From the NCBI GenBank assembly GCA_030141605.1, contig JAQGDQ010000822.1, positions 1 to 64,000 of the forward strand: a stretch of DNA of 64,000 bases. The letters run 5' to 3'. The position numbers were made by a program, and so were the translations under genes. This DNA comes from Tubiluchus corallicola (lineage: Eukaryota; Animalia; Priapulida). Below, one piece after another: positions 54,165 to 64,000 of this stretch. The stretch's first letter is position 1. Each line of letters begins with the position of its first letter. The notes under the pieces are model-generated. The model searched no databases. It saw nothing but the letters and a program-made list of their open reading frames with translations, and was not told the DNA's origin.

Positions 54165-55142
54165 TGTTTGTGAAAACCAATGTAAAAATTGGTCCTTGAA
54201 ATGCGATAACCACAGAGGTTATGCTAGGTACGAGCATATGTCTTAGGTTCTACTGAAGCATATCGCTAAGTAGCCGCCGACCAGCTAAGTGGCACCTGGC
54301 AATTGTTAGTATATGTAGTTTGTACTAGAGAGAAAAGAAATATATAAGAAATGTGAAAAAGGAAAAGTAAGGCAGGTCAGTAAGAACAGGATAGCATTAA
54401 AAAACAGTTTGGATAAAGACGGTCATGGGAATAGGTTTTCATATTATATTTTAGTTTTTTGAGAGGTGATTATGTTTTAATTTTTGTAGGATTATAATTA
54501 ATAATTATAAAATACTTTGTGTTAATTTTTAATTTTTAATTTTAATAACTATTTTATATTTATACATTATTAATAAGATCATCAGGATTATTAATACTCA
54601 TACGTTATTAGTAAAATAAAAATTTTTCATAAGTTATTAGTGAAAATAATTTTTTGATTTTTGATATTTTGAAAGCGTAAAGAGAGAAGAAAGTAGAGTT
54701 GGTTGCAGGTTATAGTATGTTAGTGAGCAGAATAAAGTAGTCAGCAAACCTTAGATGACAGGGATGTGCACCAAAAATATTTGTTTATGAAAACCAATAT
54801 AAAATTGGTCCTTGAAATGCGATAACCACAGAGGCTATGCTAGATGCGAGCTCATGTCTTTAGGTTGAACTGAAGTATATCGCTAAGCAGCGGCCGACCA
54901 GCAAGTGGCACCTGGCAATTGTTAGTAAAGTAGTTTGTACTAGAGAGAAAAGAAATATATAATAAATGTGAAAAAGGAAAAGTTAAGGTAGGTCAGTAAG
55001 AACAGGATAGTGATAAAAAACAGTTTGGATAAAGATGGTCATGGGAGTAGGTTTTACATATTATATTTTTGAGTTTTTTGAGAGGTGATTATGTTTTAAT
55101 TTTTGCAGGATTGTAATTAATAATTATAGAATAGTTTGTGTT
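54165..55142. repeat. ~360-bp direct repeat (54165-54525 and 54783-55142), likely two minus-strand retroelement 3' ends
   Basis: gaaaaccaat...ggtccttgaaatgcgataaccacagagg...gtggcacctggcaattg present twice. Confidence 0.8.
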
Positions 55143-55663
55143 AGTGTAGAGAAAAAGAAATTTTATTTTTTATATATACATATAGTTATAATATTTTTCA
55201 AGGGATATGTTATGAAGGAAGTAAGGATAACAAAAAGACAAACACAGTTACAGGTTTTTGAGGAGTCATCAGGAGGAACTTGAAAGTCCAACGTAATGTC
55301 AATCATTTTCGTTGACTGCCCAATGAGCGTGCAAGTTGTTTCACACACCCCTGCAGCACATACGTTCGGGACGTTTAGCTACAGCTCCGTTGCAACACTG
55401 TCATGAAAAATGCTCAACTTTTCATTAGTTAGCGGGAGAAATATTGACTTGGTTCTAGATTTTATTATTGTCAATTGAAATTGCAAGTGAATTGGTGGAA
55501 ATATATAGTCTAGTTTCGTTTGTAGGAAGAAATGCACAATGCTTACGTCTATAAGTTGCTGATTAAACCATTTTGTAATCAAGAAAATATGCAGTTTAGT
55601 TAAGTTTATGGCTTTACAAGTTAGATAAAAACAACTATTTGATTAACTTTATTTATTTATTGT

Positions 55664-56632
55664 TTATTGTTTACACAACTTCGCGGGATGCATTCTTTTC
55701 ATACCTTTTCTGAATTCTTTCAAACGAAAAGCGTAAATAAATACATTTGTAATGCTGTTAATTTCTCCCAGTAAGAGAAAACCTATCATGTGTTTCATGT
55801 CCGTGATGTTGGTTAGCCCGGTATAATACAAAAGACGTTTGATAAAAAACGGATACCATAGCAAGAAGTAAAGACCAACGTTCATAGCAACAGTCACAGC
55901 CAGTTTTGCTCTTGCAACACCCGCACGATGACGCTGTACCTCTTCCGTATTAGACGACTCGATCCTATTTATCTGATGTAAACTTGCCTTGATGATTTTC
56001 ACATAGAGAATCAATATAAGGAAAGGGAAAATTAGAAAAAACGTTACGTTGGCTATCCAAGCGTATGTGTGTGTCGGAGATACATTGGCAGAAGGTAGAC
56101 AGTAGTCTGTATGGGCAGTCGGGTCGCTACTTTGAAAGCCAGCCGCTATTGTTCCAGAAATCATAGCAGACATCCAAACTGAGGTCAATCCGACGATCAG
56201 GCGTTTCTCAGTTACCATGGCGTCGTATCGAAGCGGATACATAACGGCAACGTATCTTTCAAACGTTATGGCAACTATGGACAGAACGGTAGAAAATTGA
56301 AAACAGAGAGCAAATGCTGTGAGAACGAGGCAGTAGACCATATCTCTGTCTAGTTCGCAAAAGTAAAGTGTTCCCGCAGCCATGGCGACAACACCAACGC
56401 CACCGTCACTCACTGCTTGATTACACAGAATATAGTAAGGAATCTTATGAAGAGGCGCGGAGAAGTAAATGATTAACACGATTAATAAATTAGCAAATGT
56501 TGTCAGGAAACCGAGACTAATGAATAAACATCCTATGATCATCTTCCACTTTGAGGAATCAGAGCTGCTTGTATTGTAAACTTCTGTACCATCCATACCC
56601 ATCCTGTTCTCCCAGACGTTTGTACCAACCAT
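55664..56632 (-). CDS. Intronless class A (rhodopsin-like) GPCR, 322 aa
   Basis: Seven hydrophobic segments; TM1 ANLL, TM2 AVSD, TM3 ERYVAV.YPLRY, TM4 W, TM6 LWYPF, TM7 NSITNVFIY, helix 8 EFRK; first in-frame ATG at 56632. Confidence 0.92.
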   Translation of the reverse strand: MVGTNVWENRMGMDGTEVYNTSSSDSSKWKMIIGCLFISLGFLTTFANLLIVLIIYFSAPLHKIPYYILCNQAVSDGGVGVVAMAAGTLYFCELDRDMVYCLVLTAFALCFQFSTVLSIVAITFERYVAVMYPLRYDAMVTEKRLIVGLTSVWMSAMISGTIAAGFQSSDPTAHTDYCLPSANVSPTHTYAWIANVTFFLIFPFLILILYVKIIKASLHQINRIESSNTEEVQRHRAGVARAKLAVTVAMNVGLYFLLWYPFFIKRLLYYTGLTNITDMKHMIGFLLLGEINSITNVFIYAFRLKEFRKGMKRMHPAKLCKQ

Positions 56633-56973
56633 CCCGTTCAAATGCCTCTAACTTTATGCTCTCGTAAACAATTCCTAACGCACGCCAATCAACTAATTCC
56701 TCAGTGTGGCTCATATGTCTTGTGCTCAGGTATTTATACCTGCATGCTCGCCTCATCACAATTATCTTGTCACAAAATTCCTTTGTATTTTTGCACTGTC
56801 GCTTTTCCTCTAGTTAAATAGGTAACGACTTCATCTCGGATTTCAGCAAGCAGTGATTTAATTTGGCTTGAATAATAATTACTATAAAAACGTTATTTCA
56901 CGTCGTTTCCGATGACAACCTGCAACATTTTATAGCGCCTAGGGAAATAACTTAATTGCTTATAGTGTATATA

Positions 56974-57290
56974 TAATCATTTGCAAAAGTTTAAGACCAT
57001 CGTGATTTTTTCACGAAAATTGACAAAACCATCGTTTAACACGGTTCCATCTAAAAACTATTCATTTATTCTTCTAGAAATATATACTACAGCATAGTTT
57101 GTATGTTTTTATCCAAAAATAGTCACAGTCCTTGAACATTTTAGTACTTTGTATGGCCGCCGAAGTTGTCAATCACTGCCTGCATTCTAAGAGGCGTACT
57201 GGAAAATTAGGTTTTGGCAGTACTCGGAAGTAATTTCTTTAACCCAAACGTCCTTGATAACTCTTCGCAAGTCTTCAGCACTTGATGGCA
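56974..57290 (-). mobile_element. Tc1-like transposon 3' fragment, co-duplicated with the GPCR
   Basis: Homologous to 62178-62490. Confidence 0.8.
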
Positions 57291-57689
57291 GCTACACAGT
57301 CAACTTTGACATCCCCGTAACTTCCCACATCTACAAAAACAATCCCCCACAAAGATGCTCACTATTTCATTTGCCTCTAAAACATTATTTAAGGACTAGC
57401 AAAGGCCCCGCAAAACATTGCGTATAAATACACTTATAATCAATAATACGCGAACATCCTACATAGTCCTCATTTACAACACAAAGCGAGCAGCAGCTTT
57501 TACTGAATCAAAGTTATAAGTTTATAGACAGAGTATAATGGATGACGTCAGAACAATGGCTTTGCATCAGCAGCTTTCCGAGCGAAAATTGCCAAAAATA
57601 GAACATCTAATTAACTCGTCTGCACTCCTTTTGGTGGACGTGTCCTGAAATATAGCACATCCTCTTGTAGCCCTGTTCTTCCTCTTTCT

Positions 57690-60020
57690 ATTTATTTATT
57701 TATTTATTTATTAAATATATCCACAATGATCATTACAGCATTGTACATAAAAGTATTTAATAATATATTTATTATTATGTGTTCAAGATGCCAAGCCGAA
57801 AATGACCCGTGGGGTACTCAAGAAGTATTTACTTGTTTAGAGTACCCCAAATGAATGTGGACTAAGTGTAATAGAAAAGAGCACTAAAGGAATAGAAGAA
57901 AGGTTAATAGAAAATAGAAAGAAGAAGAAAGGTGTGGTGGTATCTGTATGAAGTAATGAATGTGGACTGAGTGTAATAGAAAAGAGCACTAAAGGAATAG
58001 AAGAAAGGTTAATAGAAAATAGAAAGAAGGAGAAAGATGTGGTAGTATCTGTATGAAGTAACATGAACTATAGAAATGTAAAAATTGACATAGCCAGCAA
58101 CACAATGGATTACGACAGGGACAGCAGTGTAATTAATCAAATTGATTTATTCTGTATAATTAGAAAAGATTTCATTTTTAAAATTTCTTTTGAAGTTCTT
58201 TTTAGATAAAGAATTTTTTATGTATTCGTTTATGTTATTCCAAAGTCAGTCTAGGGCCAGTGTTAGTGATGAAGTGCCTTGCCGCATCAGTCCTGCAATA
58301 CTTAATACAAAATTCGTTAAATCTTGTTGAGTAATGACGTACGTTAATGGATAATGGGTTTAAAAAGAAAGCTGGGTGAAGTTTATGTTTGGTTTTGTAG
58401 ATGTACTCAGCCGTATTCAGGTTTATTAGATCATTTAGCACTAGGATAGAATAATTCTCAGAAAGATTAAGACCTACATGTTCACACTTGTTCAAATTAC
58501 CTATCAATCTTATAAATTTACGTTGTAGAGAGTTTAGTTTAACTAGAGTTGAAGGGTAGGTGTACCCCCAAAGTATATTACAGTAGGTTAAGTATGGCAG
58601 TACTAGACAATTATAAAGAGTGATTAGGTGTTCTTTTGTAAAACAATGTTTAACTCGACTGATTAACCCGATGTTTTTAGCAACTTTAGAATGAATCATG
58701 TTTAAGTGTGGTTTCCAATCTAGGTGTTCATTTAACATAACCCCTAGGAACTTCATTTCACTTACTTGTTCTACAGCATTACCATCAATTTTTATAATAC
58801 TGTTCATATTTATAGGTTTGTTGCGAGCTCTGAATAAAATGTATTTAGTTTTAGTTGAGTTTAGTGCTAATTTATTGATTTTAAACCAGGCTGTAATTTT
58901 ACTGAGTTCACTATTAATAATATTAGTGTTAAGTAACTTGCTGTTGATCTTGAAAAAAATACTTGTGTCATCAGCAAATTGGAAGACCTTTCCATTGTCA
59001 GTAATACAGTTTTGTAAGTCATTAATGTATATTAAAAACAACAGAGGTCCCAAAATAGATCCCTGGGGTACTCCGTGTGTGACTATTGCTTCGTTGGAAA
59101 AAACATTGTTACATTTGACTGCTTGAGTTCGATCCTTGAAGTAATTAGCAAACCATGAGTATGCGACCCCTCTAATGCCATAGTGGAATAACTTATCTAA
59201 CAGAATAGCATGATTAACTCTATCAAAGGCCTTAGAGAGATCGCAAAAATGCCAATGGCAACAGCGTTTTGTTCTAATGAATTAATTACGTTGTTTATTA
59301 TATTTATTAGGGCTAGCTGTGTAGAGCTACCCTTTCTAAAGCCATACTGATGATTATAAAGTACACTATGTATAGTCAAGTAGTCTAATAATCTTTTATG
59401 GACTATTTTTTCTAATATTTTAGAGAAAAAAGGTAATAATGATATGGGTCTATAGTTATTAATATCTAAGGAGTCTTTAGCCTTAAACACATGAATAATT
59501 ACTGATTTTTTAAGTTGATAAGGTAATTTTCCTGTTGTTAATGAACAATTGATTATATGTGTTAAAGGAGCAGCTAAGTTATCAATTAAATCAATTGTGA
59601 CTTTGGGGAGAAAGGTGTCAAAGCCTGCCCCTTTATTACGGTTGAAAGATTTACATGTAGATTTTAATTCATTTATTGTAACAGGACTGAAGAAAAGAGT
59701 AGACTGATAATCACCCTTAAGATAAACTTTAGGGTTGACACCAGTATTTGGAATTTCTGCAGCTAATTTTTGACCAATCTGTGAGAAATGCTCGTTGAAA
59801 GCACAAGCGACAGATTTATTGTCAGTTATTAATTTGTTGTTAATTTTAAGAGTATATGAACCAGATTTTCTATTTGACTGCAAAATTTATTTCATAATAA
59901 TCCACGTTTTCTTCAAGTTAGTTTTAACATGTTCCAGTTTGTTTTGATAAGAATTAGATTTAGAGAGTTTTATTATGTTGTTTAACCTATTACGATACTG
60001 TTTGTATTCACGAATAGTGG
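57690..60020 (-). mobile_element. 5'-truncated CR1/L2-group (Crack-like) LINE, RT with frameshifts
   Basis: NNYRPISLLPFFSKILEK, QYGFR, GVPQGSILGPLLFLIYINDL, FADD; frameshift near 59240; 102-bp duplication in the 3' UTR (57850-58045); (TAAA)n tail at 57690-57712. Confidence 0.92.
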
Positions 60021-60819
60021 GATCATAATTAATATTAATTCATTATTATTAAGGAAGTAATAATAAATTCCTAAAATCGAGAACAACATTTATAGGCTAT
60101 TAGCTGTCGGGATTTCACAGATTTTAAAACTAAATACGCTGCCAGACATAGGCCACACGACAATAGTCCATTAAGTTTACAAATAAGTGACATTTACATT
60201 TCAACTACTTACTTACTTACTACTTACTTACTACAACAAGAATGGACAGTACACCGTACAGCGCGTTTATTTATTGTTTAAGCTGAATACAAGTGATTTG
60301 AACTGAATTTTCACAGTGAATAATACATACATATACGTTTAGCTACAAACATTATTTCACATTATAAGTGATACTAGTCACTGTAAGGAGGAGGAACGAG
60401 CATTATGCTGTCGCCTCCTCCTCCAGATACTAAAGCAAATGACGTCTAACGTAATGTCAATCATTTTCGTTGACTGCCCAATCAGCGTGCAAGTTATTTC
60501 ACACACCCCTGCAGCAGGTACGTTTGGGACATTTAGCTACAGCTGCGTCTAACACTGTTGTGAAAAATGCTCAACTTTTCATCAGTTAGCGGGAAAAATA
60601 TTGACTTGGTTCTAGATTTTATTATGTCAATTGAAATTGCAAGTGAATTAGTGGAAATATATATTCTGGTTTCGTTTACAGGAAGAAATTCACAATGCTT
60701 ACGTCTATAAGTTGCTGATTAAACCATTTTGCAATCAAGAAAATACACAGTTTAGTTTAGTTTATGGCTTTGCAAGTTAGATAAAAATAACTATTTGATT
60801 AACTTTATTTATTTATTGT

Positions 60820-61794
60820 TTAAGCAGTACACAACTTTACGGGATACATTCTTTTCATACCTTTTCTGAATTCTTTCAAACGAAAAGCGTAAATAAATAC
60901 ATTTGTAACGCTGTTAATTTCTCCCAGTAAGAGAAAACCTATCATGTGTTTCATGTCCGTGATGTTGCTTAGCCCGGTATGATACAAAAGACCTTTGATA
61001 AAAAACGGATACCATAGCAAGAAGTAAAGACCAACGTTCATAGCAATAGTCACAGCCAGTTTTGTTCTTGCAACACCCGCACGATGTCGCTGTACCTCTT
61101 CCGTATTAGACGACTCGATCCTATTTATCTGATGTAAACTTGCCTTGATGATTCTCACATAAAGGATCAATATAAGGAAAGGAAAAATTAGAAAAAACGT
61201 TATGACGACTATCCAAGCGTATGTCAGTGTCGGAGATGCATTGGCAGAAGTTAGACAGTAGTCTGTAAAGGCTGTCGGGTCGTTACCTTGTAAGCCAGCT
61301 GTTATTGTTCCAGAAATCATAGCAGACATCCAAACTGAGGTCAGTCCGACGATCAGGCGTTTCTCAGTAACCATGGCATCGTATCGAAGCGGATACATAA
61401 CGGCAACGTATCTTTCAAACGTTATGGCAACTATGGACAGAACGGCAGAAAATTGAAAAGCGAGGACAAATGCTGTGAGAACGAGGCAGTAGACCATATC
61501 TCTGTCTAGTTCGCAAAAGTAAACAGTTCCCAAAGCGATGGCGGCAACACCAACGCCACCGTCACTCACTGCTTGATTACACAGAATATAGTAAGGAATC
61601 TTATGAAGAGGCGTGGAGAAGTAAATGTTTAACACGATTAATAAATTAGAAAATGTTGTCAGGAAACCGAGACTAATGAATAAACATCCAATGATCATCT
61701 TCCACTCTGAGGAATCAGAGCTGCTTGTATTGTAAACTTCTGTACCATCCATACCCATCCTGTTCTCCCAGACGTTTGTACCATCCATACCCAT
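60820..61794 (-). CDS. Intronless class A GPCR, paralog of 55664-56632, 324 aa
   Basis: Same motifs (ERY, LWYPF, NSVTNVFIY); 36-bp N-terminal duplication; first in-frame ATG at 61794. Confidence 0.92.
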   Translation of the reverse strand: MGMDGTNVWENRMGMDGTEVYNTSSSDSSEWKMIIGCLFISLGFLTTFSNLLIVLNIYFSTPLHKIPYYILCNQAVSDGGVGVAAIALGTVYFCELDRDMVYCLVLTAFVLAFQFSAVLSIVAITFERYVAVMYPLRYDAMVTEKRLIVGLTSVWMSAMISGTITAGLQGNDPTAFTDYCLTSANASPTLTYAWIVVITFFLIFPFLILILYVRIIKASLHQINRIESSNTEEVQRHRAGVARTKLAVTIAMNVGLYFLLWYPFFIKGLLYHTGLSNITDMKHMIGFLLLGEINSVTNVFIYAFRLKEFRKGMKRMYPVKLCTA

Positions 61795-62177
61795 CCTGTT
61801 CTCCCAGACGTTTGTACCAACCACACCGTGCAAATGCCTCTAACTTTATGCTCTCGTAAACAACTCCTAACGCACGCCAATCAACTAGTTCCTCAGAATG
61901 GCTCACATGTTTTGTGCTCATGGGTATCTGTCTGTTTGTATTTATACCTGCACGCTCGCCTCGTCACAATTTTCTTGTCACAAAATCCAAAAGTATTTTT
62001 GCGCTGCCGTTTTTTCTCTAGCTAACAAGGTAACGACTTCATATCGGATTTCAGCAAGCAGTAATTTAATTTGGCTTAATAATTGCTTTAGAAACGTTTC
62101 TTCCCGTCGTTTCCGATGACAACCTACAACATTTTATAGCGCATGTGGAAATAATTTAATTGCTTATAGTGTATATA

Positions 62178-62700
62178 CAATCATTTGCAAAAGTTTAAGA
62201 CCAAAGTGATTTTTTCATGAAAATTAACAAACCATCGTTTAACACGGTTCCATCTAAAAACTATTCATTTATTCTTCTAGAAACATATACTACAGCATAG
62301 TTTGTATCTTTTTATCCAAAAATAGTCACAGTCCTTGAACATTTTAGTACTTTGTATGGCCGCCGAAGTTGTCAATCACTGCCTTCATTCTAAGAGGCAT
62401 ACTGGAAATTAGGTTTTGGCAGTACTCGGAAGTAATTTCTTTAACCTAAACGTCCTTGAGAACTCTTCGCAAGTCTTCAGCACTTGATAGCTGCCTGTCT
62501 GCCATCTTATCCTTCAGTATCTCCCAGAGATTCTCTATCGGATTGAGGTCCAGACTGTTTCCAGGCCATTCAAGTACGGCGATGTTCTTCTCCCTGAGGA
62601 AATTGGTGGTCACCTTCGATCTGTGGCAAGGAGCTCTGTCTTGCATGAAGACTGAACACTTATGAACACTCATATGCAATTCTAGTTGTTCCTATAGTAA
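62178..62700 (-). mobile_element. Tc1/mariner (DD34E) transposase 3' fragment with one TIR
   Basis: FMQDRAPCH...LEWPGNSLDLNPIENLW...GGHTKY*; ta|caatcatttgcaaaagtttaagacca terminus. Confidence 0.88.
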
Positions 62701-62797
62701 TCTTATTAGTACATAATCATATCATTTTCCTGTTTTCGGTCAATCTACTTTTTTCTTATCTACGTGGTTTTACTAATGCATAGAGCACGTCCAACAC

Positions 62798-63800
62798 GGT
62801 TGTTCCAGACTCTTCCTCAGTTGTTCCAGTCTTTCCCTTAGTTGTTCCAGTCTCTTCCTTAGTTGCTCCAGTCTTTCCCTCAGTCGTTCCAGACTCTTCC
62901 TTAGTTGTTCCAGTCTTTCCCTTAGTTGTTCCAGTCTCTTCCTTAGTTGCTACAGTCTTTCCCTTAGTTGTTCCAGTCTTTCCCTTAGTTGTTCCAGACT
63001 CTTCCTTAGTTGTTCCAGTCTTTCCCTTAGTTGTTCCAATCTCTTCCTTAGTTGTTCCAGTCTTTCCCTTAGTTGTTCCAGTCTCTTCCTTAGTTGTTCC
63101 AGTCTTTCCCTTAGTTGTTCCAGTCTTTCCCTTAGTTGCTCCAGTCTTTCCCTCAGTTGCTCCAGTCTTTCCCTCAGCTGTTCCCTCAGTTGTTCCAGTC
63201 TTTCCCCTTAGTTGCTCCAGTCTTTCCCTTAGTTGTTCCAGTCTCTTCCTTAGTTGCTCCAGTCCCTCAGTTCCAGTCTTTCCCTTAGTTGTTCCAGTCT
63301 TTCCCTCAGTTGCTCCAGTCTTTCCCTTAGTTGTTCCAGTCTTTCCCTTAGTTGCTCCAGTCTTTCCCTCAGTTGCTCCAGTCTTTCCCTTAGTTGTTCC
63401 AGTCTTTCCCTCAGTTGCTCCAGTCTGTCCCTTAGTTGTTCCAGTCTTTCCCTTAGTTGTTCCAGTCTTTCCCTTAGTTGTTCCAGTCTTTCCCTTAGTT
63501 GTTCCAGTCTTTCCCTCAGTTGTTCCAGTCTTTCCCTTAGTTGCTCCAGTCTTTCCCTCAGTTGTTCCAGTCTTTCCCTTAGTTGTTCCAGTCTTTCCCT
63601 TAGTTGTTCCAGTCTTTCCCTTAGTTGTTCCAGTCTTTCCCTTAGTTGTTCCAGTCTTTCCCTCAGTTGCTCCAGTCTTTCCCTCAGTTGCTCCAGTCTT
63701 TCCCTTAGTTGTTCCAGTCTTTCCCTCAGTTGCTCCAGTCTGTCCCTTAGTTGTTCCAGTCTTTCCCTTAGTTGTTCCAGTCTTTCCCTTAGTTGTTTTC
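62798..63800. repeat. 21-bp minisatellite, ~47 copies
   Basis: Unit gttccagtctttcccttagtt and variants; 7-aa periodicity TTKGKTG. Confidence 0.96.
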
Positions 63801-64000
63801 CACATTTACTTCAAGGAAAAATTCAAATTGCAGTTGTCAAAATTCTAGGTTTCTAAAATTCTCATTTTTAAAATGAAGCCATTTACCTTGAGCGGTTAGC
63901 TGTGTCTGTTTATGAAGGTTATGGAGATGATTCGAAATTTGCTATTACGATCCATGAAATATTTACCCCAAATTAAAATAGGATAAAAACGAAGTGTTTT

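Noticed and set aside
54190-54305. Possible HDV-like ribozyme in the GC-richer part of the 360-bp repeat
   Set aside because: The nested double pseudoknot could not be built on either strand by eye.

Overview
AT-rich, repeat-dense genomic DNA from an animal, probably a marine invertebrate; the species cannot be determined from the sequence. Four host genes lie on the minus strand: a 4-exon SPDEF/PDEF-type ETS factor (12412->10065), the large last exon of a KLF1/2/4-type factor (28849->27689), and two intronless class A GPCRs. A third, truncated GPCR copy completes a tandem cluster at 53.5-62.5 kb. The rest is non-LTR retroelement fragments (RTE, CR1/L2 group, I-like), TTAA-flanked Kolobok-like elements, hAT/Harbinger/Tc1 derivatives, and many mini- and microsatellites. 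The most unusual part is the first 8.3 kb: a near-perfect inverted duplication (1-2159 vs 5321-~7499) built from Penelope-like element (PLE) ends. It holds five copies of a module containing a minimal hammerhead ribozyme motif (four intact, one deleted), remnants of GIY-YIG C-termini, and tandem arrays expanded inside the PLE 3' UTRs. All calls come from reading the sequence; no database searches were run.
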